Origin: Raillietiella orientalis
Taxonomy: Eukaryota
Assembly: GCA_036172245.1 (NCBI GenBank)
Contig: JAYWIR010000016.1
Coordinates: 124,001-188,000, forward strand
DNA: 64,000 nucleotides
Direction: 5' to 3'
How positions within the stretch are numbered: position 1 is the stretch's first letter; each line of letters begins with the position of its first letter. The notes under the pieces were generated by a model, which made no database searches, had not been told where the DNA came from, and saw nothing but the letters and a program-made list of their open reading frames with translations. This document shows positions 52,238 through 64,000 of this stretch, in pieces. The position numbers and the translations under genes were made by a program.

Positions 52238-54176
52238 TGTAAAAGCCTTTAAATTCTACCTTATGCAATCCCTACTCTGTACACACGCACCCATGATTTA
52301 CGCCCTCGTAACGTGATTATAAGTATTACCAAGTTTACAGCGATGTTGTTTCCACGATTTAGACTACAAAGTTACTTCTTGAATCACTCAATTAACTTTC
52401 TCAAAAAACGACTTTATATGTAAAACCTTAATTTAGAAAATACAGCAATTGATATGTAATCAGTATTTAAAAGTATGCAGATCAACAGTTTAATAATAAA
52501 AAGGATTTTGTACAACATTCAATCAACATTGAAAGATCTTCCTTTTTATAGGAAACAAATTGTTTCTGTACTTCTCATACATAATAAACACAAAACACGA
52601 TCTCAGATCGTGTTTGTAATGGTTTTTACGACTTGTATTAATGATGATTACTTTGAATTTTGTACATCAATGCATTATCATACATTCATTTGCAATGCTG
52701 TTTGGAATTAGGCACAGTGCTAAATATTCTTGAATCTGAAACACGATCTCATATAAATAATTATTAAAAATTTTCTATGCTTGAAATAGTATAATGTCGA
52801 TACTCCCGAAAACTTAAAAACAATGTATACGATTGCTCGTCTCCTTAGATTTATATTTTCCAAGTTATTATTTTTACACTGAGTTAGACATATCCCTCTT
52901 GATCTAAAACTAAGTCTTATGTCTTTTAAGCTATGTATAAATTTTAGAAACGCCACATCTTCATAAGTTATTAAAAACTGAAAGTTATGTGATGTTCCTC
53001 CTACAAAAGCTATGCAAGTTATTTTTTTCTTTATGTCAATGCACCAAACAGTCTGTTTTTACAAAGGTTTATAGAATAGAGCTGTTTCTTGCGTACTTCT
53101 AGTTTCAATCTCCAGTTTGCCTCTACTGTGTCCTGAAAATAAGAATCACTTTATAACGAATGTTCTTGAAACTATTTTGCCGCATTTGCAATAATGATGG
53201 ATTTCCTCAAGAAGCATTTCCGACTACAGATTATGGAAAAGTCTTTCATATTCTGGATCTCCGGCGAGTTCCTCCAACGTTTACACATTGGAGCACAAAT
53301 AATATCCTATAAACATCAGTGCTCATCAGTCCATGGTAAAAAGAGTACGAGCAACAGAGGCAAACAAGATAAACCTCATGTACAAATGCTTTCGTCTCGA
53401 TGCTGTGGTCCAGATTTGCAGTCTGGAGTTCTCTCTCACAATTCTAACACAAAGCAAGGTAACACCAACGCTTTGACACGGAAGCATTTTGCATGTCCAA
53501 ATTTCGGATAGAACCTTCAACCTGTACAACGACCTACATTAATCCGTAACCTTATTGCCACGAATTATGCCGCCACTGTTGATTTGCACCTTCCCTGTTG
53601 CATAATGGGAAAAATAAGTGCCAGTTGTGAAGTGACCTGATAGAGAATGGGAATGAACGAAACGACGTAAATACATGCCTCATCCACTGTTATAATTTTG
53701 TTATGCTTGCAAAGATGGAGTAGAGGCTTAATTTAGATTTCCAGTGCAATTACCAAAACTGCAGTAGGTTCTTAGGTTCATCACAAGAGAACATGCTACC
53801 ATCCCTTGTTGTCTTTACATTTCATATGTATTGGTATTAAACACAATACATATGAATTGCAGAGAAGACAATGTAAAGATCTTTCAGTTTGTGATCCTTG
53901 TTTTCCTTCATTCCAAATCCATTTAATGCACTTTCACACAAACATTCACTATTTTGCTGAATGGAACAAATTTTTGTGGTGAAATGTTTCATCAAATGAG
54001 GGCTGCAAACAACAACAAAAAATCGATGTGATCAAAACACTGTTGTCTGTAAACATGTTATTTAAAAAACACATACCAATTGACTTTCCCACAACTTCGG
54101 ATCTGTCATGCAGTCTGATTATTACATTTTTATGAACACTTAATTTACCTTACGTTTTTATTTTTAGAAATTAACA

Positions 54177-54704
54177 TCAATACAAAATTGATTTCTTTTT
54201 CACAAATACAACTGTGCATCTGTTAAATAGGCCATATTTTGCTACACACTGATTATCTTTTTTCAATGCAGTCTTTTCAAACATGAGCACATATGTCTTC
54301 CACACGTACTTCCAGCTTATCTTTTTCTTGATTTTCAACTCATCCTTTAGAAAAGGTGCTTAATATTCTTGGAAGGAAAGCTGACTCACCAGCCTTTGCA
54401 TAGTTGCTCTTTGGATTGCCTTCTTCAATTCCAAAACCGTAGCTTGCTGTCCAATGACCACTGGCAAAACAATTCCATCATTCCTGCATACATTGATTGT
54501 TATAGCTTGTCCACTTTCTAGGGAAATCAATGTTTTGAGTTCATCACTACTTGGGTTTTTCTCGATGCCAGTCAGCAAAGGATCTTTACTGATAAGATAA
54601 TTGACAGCATCTCTGAATAAACCGACAAATTGAATATGTGACAGGTCAGAGGATAACACTTTTAGGCAATCACTCAGCTGCTCCCTGTCAGGCAGCACTT
54701 CCAT
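54177..54704 (-). CDS. SNRNP25: U11/U12 snRNP 25 kDa protein (ubiquitin-like), 2 exons
   Basis: Exons 54704-54390 and 54344-54177. DPLL...LESGQAITINVCRNDG.VLPVV..QQATVLELKKAIQR...ISWKYVWKTY...YGLFNR..VVFVKK matches the SNRNP25 pattern. Confidence 0.9.
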
Positions 54705-54753
54705 CTTACTATGAGAAAAAGTGATTAGTCTCGTTACTGAAATTAATTTCAAA

Positions 54754-56015
54754 TTAATGTATCTTAGACCCAGTAGCCAATTGAATGCTGGATGGTCTAC
54801 AGATCACCAGCAATTCATAGAAAGCTAAAGCCATCAATAAAACTCTATTCATAAGTTCTTTTTTTCCTGGTGATTCTGAATAGTAATGTTGTTTCAGTTC
54901 ACTCATAATAGTAATTTTTTCAAAGTTTAAAAAAGGACTTCCTTCCAACAAAGCATCTACAACATCATATCCACACTTTCTGTTATGATCTATGGATAAA
55001 TTGAATAGCTTCAATATATATTTTGGGTTCACCATATAAACATCTTTACAATATTTTTCACTTAGCAAAGTTAACAAGCTTGCTTCAATTTGTGACAGAC
55101 ACAATGCAAGTGTAGGATTTCTTGAATAAATATCAACATATGTTCTCTCTTCAAAAAGATACAAATCTGGCTGCTTAAAATCTACCTCTATGAATAAGTC
55201 ATTGATCTACAAAAGAATTATCTTGAACAAAATTTAGCCAAAATTTACTTACTTTCTGAATTAATTGCCAGCTTAAAATATTTTTTTTCATTAATGCTTC
55301 ATATGAGAGGCACTTCCAGAGCCTTACTTCACAATTGGCTTTCAAAATGATAACAGCAATATGTCCAGGAGTATAATACATTGCACCAACAGATTTCACT
55401 GCCTAAACAGTAAAGATGTACTTGAAAAAACAAAAAACACACACATATGCATTGTATTTGTGAAAGTTTTGAAAAATAAAAACTGCAGGTAAGCAAACAA
55501 TTATAAGTTTGTTTTAGATACTTACTTTTGCATCCAGCTGAAGCTTCGGTGAAAGGAATTTTCCAATTGCTGGTAGTTTTCCGGATGGCTGAGGAACTCT
55601 TTGATCTTTAATAATCGTCTTGCAAAATTTTTCCAAACACTATCACAAAGAGAACAGAATCATTACTTATTAGGCAGTATGCTTGCAGGAGATGAAAAAC
55701 TCATGAAAACAAAAGCCCATTGGGTGCTTATTTGAGAAAACTAAATACCTTCAATCCTAACCCATCCACTTCAAGCAAGTTTTCTAAACTTGTAAACATC
55801 CCATAATTTTGCCTACACTTTATTACCCCAGCACTCATCATTTTAGGCAAGTGGCGCTCCAGAAAGTCACTAAGATTCCACTTGTTCACCGCTTCAAGAA
55901 CGATTTCTTGTTCTTCTTTTGTGAAATCATGACGAAATTCTAATAATTTAGCAGGCATTTTTGAGGTCGACACGGCTCTTTTTATAGTCCTCAGGATATT
56001 GAAACTGCTGCACAT
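54754..56015 (-). CDS. TEFM: Mitochondrial transcription elongation factor TEFM-like (HhH plus RNase H-like/resolvase fold), 4 exons
   Basis: Exons 56015-55749, 55639-55526, 55402-55253, 55206-54754. Basic N-terminus, FTKEEQEIVLEAVN, RQNYGMFTSLENLLEVDGLG (HhH), PDLYLFEE, QIEASLLTLL and C-terminal ELMNRVLLMALAFYELL. Confidence 0.8.
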
Positions 56016-58199
56016 TTTTCACATTCCAAAATTCAGTCTGTTTTCAGTTAACTTGGCTGTTTAGATTATTTTAGATTAGCTGGTCTCGTAGTGCTAGGAA
56101 TTTTTCCAAACCGGGAGTGCACTCACGGAAGCAGAGCATGATAGCAGGTGTATCGAACTGAGAACTTTTCATAATTAGACCGTCCTTCCACCAGGCCATG
56201 GATTCACATTCCTGAGGCCCCTTTACTCCACTACCAGGAAAACCACCCCAGCTGCCCGAAGCAGGATGGACAACATTACAGGGTTGTCGTAATTTTTGCT
56301 CACAGTTATTTAAATTTGTTAATTTAGGATTATCCATCCTAATTTTCAGAAATGATTTGAAGTATATGTTTTAATCAGCGATGGCTTTAAAATTCAGAGG
56401 CGGAATATATGCAGGAATCGAAATACGGATCGTAAGCAAATAGTGAATACTAATTATCATCGAATGCATGTTCGTCCGGTAGTTTTCCCTCGCTTTTAGT
56501 TTGCTGATTCACGAAGTGTGGCATTTATAAGCATGCAAAAAATTGAATTGGTTTCTCATTTTCATTGCTATGAAGACGAAATTCTCATGAACAATGCTGC
56601 ATATGCTGATGAATCAATCAATCAGTTGATCGAATAATTGTAAAAGGAAACAGTCTATCAAATGTCTCAAGGAACGTCTCTTGACTTTTCTCTTATTTCG
56701 ATGCCTTATTGAACTTTCCATGATCTGAGAGATGAAATGTAAGAGCAATTGTTACAAAATAAAATTCCTCCATATGAATAAGGCAGGCACTTCATGTAGA
56801 AAATTTCTTATTCTAAGAATTATTTGATAAAATTATGTATGAAAAAATAAAGATGAAACAGCTTCAAATGGAATGAATGCAATATGAATTTATTTCAAAT
56901 AATAGGAGTAGGAGAACAATCACTTACCCCAAATTATTCCCAATTCAAAAAAGAAGCAATGTTTTTATTTCCAACCATTTCTACGCTGTTAGTTTTGAAT
57001 GAATTTCAATGAGAGTACTTATTACCTGAAAAAGATTCCGAACATACTGTTATAGATGTTAATAGTATCATGTAATTGCGAGAATTCTAAGTGGAATTCC
57101 TTAATTTCTCCCCCTTCACGACAACTCTTTGCTAGTATCCTTGGTTGATCACCAGGATCTCCCATCATCCGTAGTCGCTTTCTTTACCTAGTCGACCAGG
57201 ACTTCATAAAATTTGGTGCATAGTTGAAAGTCATGAGTACAGATGATGTAAGATGAGGAACAGCATTTCTTTCATTTCAGACTTTGACTCCCCATGGACC
57301 TCCCATCTATCGGCGGGCTGTTCCTCGGATACATAGGAGATAATAACGAAAGGGCATATGAATTTGTAGTCTGCAATGATAGTCCCAGATGTTACCAAAA
57401 TGATTGGACATCTGACGCCGTCCAATGCAGCACATGAACTTTCCCTGATCAGGGCGTCTATCAATTAGAGATGGCTATGGCATAGCATATGTTGAATGAT
57501 GCGGATGTCTTTCTTCCTATGGTTATCGCCGCTTCTCCATGTCCCCTCTGGTATGAACGCATCCTAGAGGGGACATTTTTTCCTTGAGAACAGAAGTTTC
57601 GCGTGTGGTCAGTATTCCATACAAAATTCTTGATGGTCTGTCTGTCTAAGAAGGTGTTCTCCTAGGTCCGTGTGACATGCCGGGAGAGCTCCCAAACAAG
57701 TACAGGAATGGGATATTTTCCTCGGAAGATTCACTGTGGAAGTAACGTCCTTTTGCTCGTTCACCATATATATATATATATGGTTGCAGAAAAATTGGTG
57801 GCACTGTTTCCTTACCTATCGGATCTTGTTGAACACTATCCAGTCCCTTTCGAGTGGCTTCCAAGCCACTGGAGATGCAGCAAACGTTGGGAATTTTGGA
57901 GTCTATTCTTTGGATACCGAGCGTCCTCTTTCCGTTTGGTCACTCCCCCCTTCCCCTCCAGGAAGGAAGACCGCATGCATGCGCGGGTGCCGAGGAAATC
58001 AGAAGGGCGGTAAACTCCCTCTAGCCGATACTGGGGGTCAGCTGGAGACCTGTCCGGAACCCGTCGGTCCGGAACGGGACACCCTGTTGGACACGCCTGT
58101 CCTGGAAGGGGTGGTGGTGGTGGAAGGAAGAGCAAGTGAGGAGGGCAACCAGGAACTCCAGGTACATCCTTTCCTTTCCTCCTCGAGAGACAACATCGG

Positions 58200-60300
58200 C
58201 AACCTGGAGATCCCGGGGTCGGCCGTACCCTTTGGGCGAAGAACCGGATGGCTCGTGGAGGAGCCATATTGTTCTCTTCTCAGGTCACAGGGTCATAGAA
58301 CGGAGCCAACGGTTGCACACTATGAAAGACGCTCATTAGAATGCGAAGAAATGGATGTGCTGATGGTAAAGGCATTGGTGGTAGCTTCTGCACGTCCTGT
58401 ACCTCTTTACCTCTCCACCTGTCCCCCTGCAACTACTTGGGACTGAATCTGACCATAAGCATCTTCCTCCTACACGGAAAGCCCTCGTGGGCACGCGAGC
58501 TCTTGTCTGCCACCGGGCCATTATTGCTCAGCACACGGAACAGCAACTCTCTTCGCTCTGCTCCAGTCATATGGCCTCTCCGGCCGTCGTCTTGGCGACA
58601 GGGGCTGCGTTCGTCCAGGGTGGCGTTCCCGGTGCGCAACAGCTGCTCCGACAGCAACAGCACGGTCGGTCGACTCGTCCACCAGTTTATCTCGGGAGGC
58701 GGCGCCTCGTCGCATCGATCGCCCCCTCCCCCCTCGCACGGACTGACCAACAACCCCTGCGGGTCCATTCGTTTCGGCTCTGATGGGTCCGTGCCAAAAG
58801 AGCGCCTCCTCACGATCCAGAGCGAGGGATCGCGTGGGGATGTTCGGACATGCATCGGGGAGCGACCCCTTCCTCCCCGGGAAGTCACAGGACAACGCGC
58901 GTCCGCCGCACTCGCCCACGCCTGGTGCTGCTGCCCCCCGTGATCCAGCCGCCGCGCTCGGTCGCTCCAGCAACTCTGCTCTCTTATCGCGTTCGTCTCG
59001 GAGAGCCGACCGGCTCCGGGTCTATTCCCAGCCGTCGTGCAGCCTCGCTCCACCTGAGAGCAAGGAGAGCAACGGCATCACGGCCCACATCTCCAGGCAA
59101 GGCCACCACGGCGCCCATCTGCTACCGATTCTACCTGGAGAGGGACGCAGGCTCTGGTGAGAAGCGATTCCTCACCTCCTTCCCGTCCCATGGAAGACGT
59201 GGCAGTGGACGCATCCACAGGTCCATGTAGACGATTCGGGACTGGGAGCAGTTCGCAGCCAGTAGCAGCCGTCATCCAACGTGACTGTTCCGCTGTACGG
59301 ATAAGGCCAAGTGGACATTTCTGCACGGGGCACAAGAAGTGTGGCAAAATCAGTACCACAACGCGTGGTCCAAAATAATAAAGAAGAATCTCCGGGAACT
59401 CTTTCCCCCCAAGGAAGGAAACCACGACGTGCTCGCCACGGCTGCCAGCCTCTATGGCGGCGTTTCCCAAACTTTTCCTATGAAGGAGCGCTTCACAAAT
59501 CCCGAAATTTGAATGGAATACCTTGGTTATTTTATAGGGTAGGTAGATATTGATAATAAGTAAATTTAGCAAGTAATATAAGAGTTAAGAAACAGTTATT
59601 CTCAAATTTTAATTATGTAAAAGGAAGCACGTGAAAATTGTAAAATAAACTCCACAGCATTTAAAATATTTTGATTTTCATAATTTTTTGTGGAACACCA
59701 GTGTTCCGTGGAGCATAGTTTGGGAAATGCTGCTCTGCGGGATTGGGCACGTGAACCTGCAAGCGGTTGGAGAGGTGGTCTCGAGGAGCGATCTGCCACC
59801 GGGCATTCCGGACTACCTCTTCATGTCTCGCCCCGGAGGAATCTTCAGAGGTTCGAGGACTAGGTGCTGGATTGGTAACATCCAAGACGAGCTTTGCACG
59901 GCGTGCGGGGACGGGGAAAAGGACCCCCCATCTCAGCTCCACATGCTCGCCTGCCCAACGCTGCGCCGAGACTGGACAGTGCTGAAGGCTGTGACTATCC
60001 TGAAGAGCAGCGCGAGCATGGGAGTGCCCGGGTGGGATTGTTTGAAGAGGATGGCAACGTTCCCCGCTACAATCCCACGATGGAGGCATCCATCGCTGTC
60101 TTCGTCACGAGCGTCGTGATAAGAGAGGCAAAAATGAGGAAGAATAATACAAGGAAGCAACGCCTGCCATGGACATCTCGAAAGGAATCATTCAGAGGAA
60201 GACCGGCGTTAGGAACAGCCTCGGAATCTTCTCCTGGATTTGTTCGCTGTATCTTGAAAAAGATTAAGGACAAAGCCGAAAGGATTGGCCTTTGATACCT
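58200..60300 (+). mobile_element. Decayed non-LTR retrotransposon (RT/C-terminal part, L1/Tx1-like), with frameshifts and stops
   Basis: GC-rich block. Translated fragments in the expected order: HIVLFS, CNYLGLNL (RT YLG motif), RLVHQFI..G, WQNQYHNAWS and a C-terminal zinc knuckle CTACG..EKD....HMLACP....W (ORF 59688..60119). No intact YADD seen; boundaries approximate. Confidence 0.55.
59458..59732. mobile_element. hAT (Charlie-like) MITE, 275 nt
   Basis: TIRs CGGCGTTTCCCAAACT (59458-59473) and AGTTTGGGAAATGCTG (59717-59732), 14/16 complementary. Flanking 8-mers CTCTATGG and CTCTGCGG (6/8) fit a decayed 8-bp TSD. The interior is AT-rich within GC-rich flanks. Confidence 0.75.
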
Positions 60301-63300
60301 ACTGACAGCATCTCGGAAAAACGTCACACAGAATTGTGAGCCATTTTGTTTCGGAACAAATGTATACATATTGCTTTCATGTATGAGTTGTACATAATAA
60401 ACTCACCCATCGCTTGCCGGGCCTGGGGAAAATTCGGCTTGAAGGCGCTTCACAGATATGCTAAGCACATTTTCAATTAACCAAAAACACAAGTGATAGC
60501 TTAATTTGGCTATAAGAGTGATAACATCAATCGAATAATCATTATAATCTCTAATGCGAATTTGTCTCGAAACTTTTATTGGCATCCTCTCATCGTCATG
60601 AGACAATGATTGCCAAAAATGATATCAGTCTTATAATAAAGTGTAGAAATGTAGTGTTTCAAAAGCAAATTTCTTTCAAAAAACGCATTGCTCTGATTGG
60701 AAGGACTAAATAAATGTGTTATAGAGAACAGAAGGATTACCTCATGCAAGCAAAGAGCTGAGAACTAAAGACAAGAAACAGAAAACACAAGTACATCAAG
60801 AAAACAGAGTTTTTTTTTGTTTTGTTTGTTTGTTTGCACAACATCAAGTTTCTATTGCAATGAAGCTGAAAGCAATATTGTACTCAGCAAATTATTTCTC
60901 CAGTGATTTTATATTGAAATCCGAAGGCAGTCATCCGGCTTTCCGTAACATTCCACAAGTCCTTTTGGGCTGAGCATTCCACGTCCGCTCCCTGGGAAAC
61001 GTGATGCATGGTGCTTCAGATACAGAACAACTTTTGTGTCGGCTACACTTTCCACTTATCTTCCCACCGCAACTCCCCGCCAACTTGCTGTTTAAGCGAA
61101 CCCGACTTCTGCTTTCACAAGGCACCGTTTCTGCTGCTGGACCCACCCAGAATGCTATTCCTTCCCAACAAGGAATCTTGGTGAAATAGTAAGGGAGACG
61201 TTGAGGCATTCCCCCCCTCCCCCGTCATGATGACTTCCATGGACTCTGCAGCGATGCAGCTGGCACTGCCGCTTCCGTTTTGCGTCAGGTCCTTCCTCCC
61301 TGTGCAACCAACATGGAACCTCTGTGCGCAATGAATAAAGACTTCTCCCGTGCATAAGCCCAGGAAAGCCAAATTTCAGTTTGAGTCACAAAAGAAGAGG
61401 ATCTCTTCTTTTGTGACTTTATTAGCGATCCTGAAGTCACGTTCGCTTCACCGAGTTCCTCATCCGGAGTGCCACGGATGGAACTCGGGGCAGTCGCTGG
61501 AGGTTGGAAACCACAGATTCGTTGCAACTCTCGAGAAAAATCCGAGATTTTCGATTTTGGAGGGGGGCAAGTCGTCGGGGGGGTTGCTGTACGATTCTCA
61601 TCTTTGCTCTGATCCTTTTTGCCGACCTGTGTGTGTTTCGGTTCACAGTAGTACCCTTCTCAACAACCAAGTTTGACCGAATCGGCCCAATCCATAGGCT
61701 TTTTTCTGTACACGTGTCGCATTTAGAACCATGTTTACATGTGTTGTGATTCCGGGATGATTTTTCGTTTGCACATCAAAAGGGAGTTTTGTAAAGTATG
61801 AATTTCTGTTTTCATTCTAATTCTGATTACACTTGGGATTTGCCCGAAACCGACCAATGATTTTCACAACCATCAAATTTATTCATTTGGTAGTGCTTTG
61901 TCTGGCTTCAGAAAATCTTGGAAATAAATGCCCTTTTTTTTTGTTACTGGGATCCAATCAGTTCTTGGGGAATTTATTTGGGGAAAATCGTTCTTTAAGA
62001 TAAACAAATACTCCTGCTTTCATCGGCGAGTGAAACTTTCCTTCACGAAATACATGTTAAAAAAGAAAAAGGATTTTCATAAGTACTGTAGTGTTGCCCA
62101 CACCTTTTCATACGCCCGAATTTTTTTGTTTTTGTCAGCTGTTTTAGAATATGCTTATTGGGCTTTCAAACTCACACTGAATTGTTGCCAAGTTGTAGAG
62201 AGAACATCACTAGAATGGAAATCTAGGAATTGGAACAGAAACTAAAGGTCCCTGAATTTGAGTGCAGCTTTCACACAGAATTACTGAAATTCGAATTACC
62301 GGTGGCTGTGTGTACCTTGATGACAGCGAAGAAAGCTGCTGGTGAAAATGGTACGTTTGGTTGCTTCTTCCTCTTTTTTTTTTTTTGTTCCTTCCTTTCT
62401 TTCAGATTGCCATTCTGGTTTTTCGTTTTTTCCTCAACTTGTTTACTCAACCTAACGATTTTCTTTGTCCGGAAAGTTACGGGCGTCCTTGAATTTAGCG
62501 AATAAGAATTTTAATAATGTGCTCGACTTTACAACGAAAAATAAAGTAAAATGGGGGAAAAAGGTGCATATTCTGTTCCTATGTGCGGCTGTCCACAGCC
62601 AAGTCATTCACAATGACGGCAGTTCGCAGAAATGCAAAATGAAGTGCCGATCTTTGGGAAGCTCATTTTCTTTTTTTCTTCTTATTTTTTTTTTCCTTTC
62701 CAAATTCCTTCGTTGTTTTCCTGCCGATTTCGTTTGTTTGTTTTCCATTGAAGGCACCAAGTACTACATCATAGTAGTGATCGTCAATTTCTACACATTT
62801 CCATGCATTCTATTTGACCTCACCCAGCGTCCCACGGTAATGCCACAGCTTTCGAAATGGCAAATTAAAAACCAATCCTTCGCATGGTTGGGATTGCAGT
62901 GCTCCGAACAAAAATGCATGGAATTGCCCTTCCCCAAATGCTCTGATCCTGTTTTTTTATTTATTTATTTATTTTATTTAGCAGCTAATGTAAGTTATGC
63001 TTCCACGAACCACTTCAATTGCTTGTCCTCGTGTGGGTTCGTCGATTTCAGTGCCTCGTTCCAAAGTGGAGCCGTGGACAACATATTCGCTGATGATGGG
63101 TGAGAGAAAAAGAGAAAAAGAAATCTGTGGCACGTGGACGTGGACCGATTCGGTCCTGAGGTTCCATGAGGCTTCCACGCTTTTCGTCCAGGGATCCGGA
63201 GTCCCGGCGGGAGCACTTTCAAGTGGAAGGGCCCAGGGAAGAAAGGAAAACCGTGCCCTTTCTTTGCTTGCACGTGCTTGCCGTTTTTCGGTCCCCGCGC

Positions 63301-64000
63301 CGGGGTGGTCGCAGCAGCCCCCCCCCACCCCCCCACCCCACCTGAACGGCAGCACGTGGTCGATCCACGAGCGCGAAGATCGGGCTTGGCGTGTTTTGGG
63401 AGCAGCGTTCAGCAAACACGCACGCAGACACACTCCCACGAGGTTTTCCCGGCTTTCCCTGGGCCCCATCCGCCCCCGAAGTGGGAGCGTCGCGACTCGG
63501 TCAGCTCGCTTGCCGGACGGAAGGGCATCGTTTTCTGCTCGGCCTCTTTGGAGGAAGATGGAGAAGCACGGGGGGAATACCTCCGGGAAAACAATTCCGC
63601 TTTGCGCACCGCTCTCCGCCCCCTCCCCCCGCTCCGGAGGAACACCTCCAGCACGCGTCGCCGTGCACGAGCCGTACAAAGGCGCCAGGCAGCGTGGCAC
63701 GTTTCCCCCCCCGCCCAAGCTGCATCTGTGCACGAGCTGAACACTTCCCGGGAAGCTCGCAGGGAACCTCGGAAGGCCAACCAGTTGACATTTCTAAAAG
63801 GGGGGAGAGAGAGAGGGGGAAAAAAAAAAAAAAAAAAAAAAAAAACCCATGAATAATGGAGATGCATGCCGTGCTCCGTTTGTAGAAGGCCGTTATTTCT
63901 CGGCTTTCGATTCTGCACGGAAAGTATGCGTCCAGGATGGAAGTTATCTTTGCAGCAGGAATTAGAAAAGATAACGTGAATATACTATGAACACTATTTT

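Noticed and set aside
56080..56300. SRP, RNase P or MRP RNA resemblance
   Set aside because: The conserved core motifs of these RNAs were not found.
57480..57515. DIRIIQHMLCHS on the minus strand resembling tyrosine-recombinase box II
   Set aside because: Isolated 12-aa similarity, no HxxR motif or catalytic Tyr, and followed closely by a stop.
60900..64000. ORFs 61350..61676, 62465..63103, 62978..63733 and 62997..63740
   Set aside because: No recognisable domains or exon structure; low-complexity or GC-driven.

Overview
Eukaryotic (animal, arthropod-like) genomic DNA with two very different compositional domains. Positions ~1-42 kb are GC/CpG-rich and microsatellite-rich. They hold one + strand patched (ptc) gene, which I reconstructed by hand as 20 coding exons (11038-35222, ~1300 aa). 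Positions ~43-57 kb are AT-rich, CpG-depleted and gene-dense: Topors (+), DIMT1 (-), SNRNP25 (-) and TEFM (-), several with 44-46 nt introns. Positions ~58-60.3 kb hold a decayed non-LTR retrotransposon interrupted by a hAT-type MITE. The main observation is that this Patched has an intact ORF and a well-conserved extracellular domain 2, but lacks all three acidic residues of the RND/Patched transmembrane charge triad (TM4 GxxxDD reads GLGAGN; TM10 GxxxE reads GICTQ). It therefore resembles the engineered transport-dead 'NNQ' mutant and is a candidate Hedgehog-sequestering decoy paralog. The second is that TEFM and SNRNP25 are only 49 nt apart on the same strand, with a splice acceptor that would fuse them in frame. 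All homology calls come from recalled family motifs, not from database searches. Most ORFs in the supplied track within the GC-rich half appear spurious.
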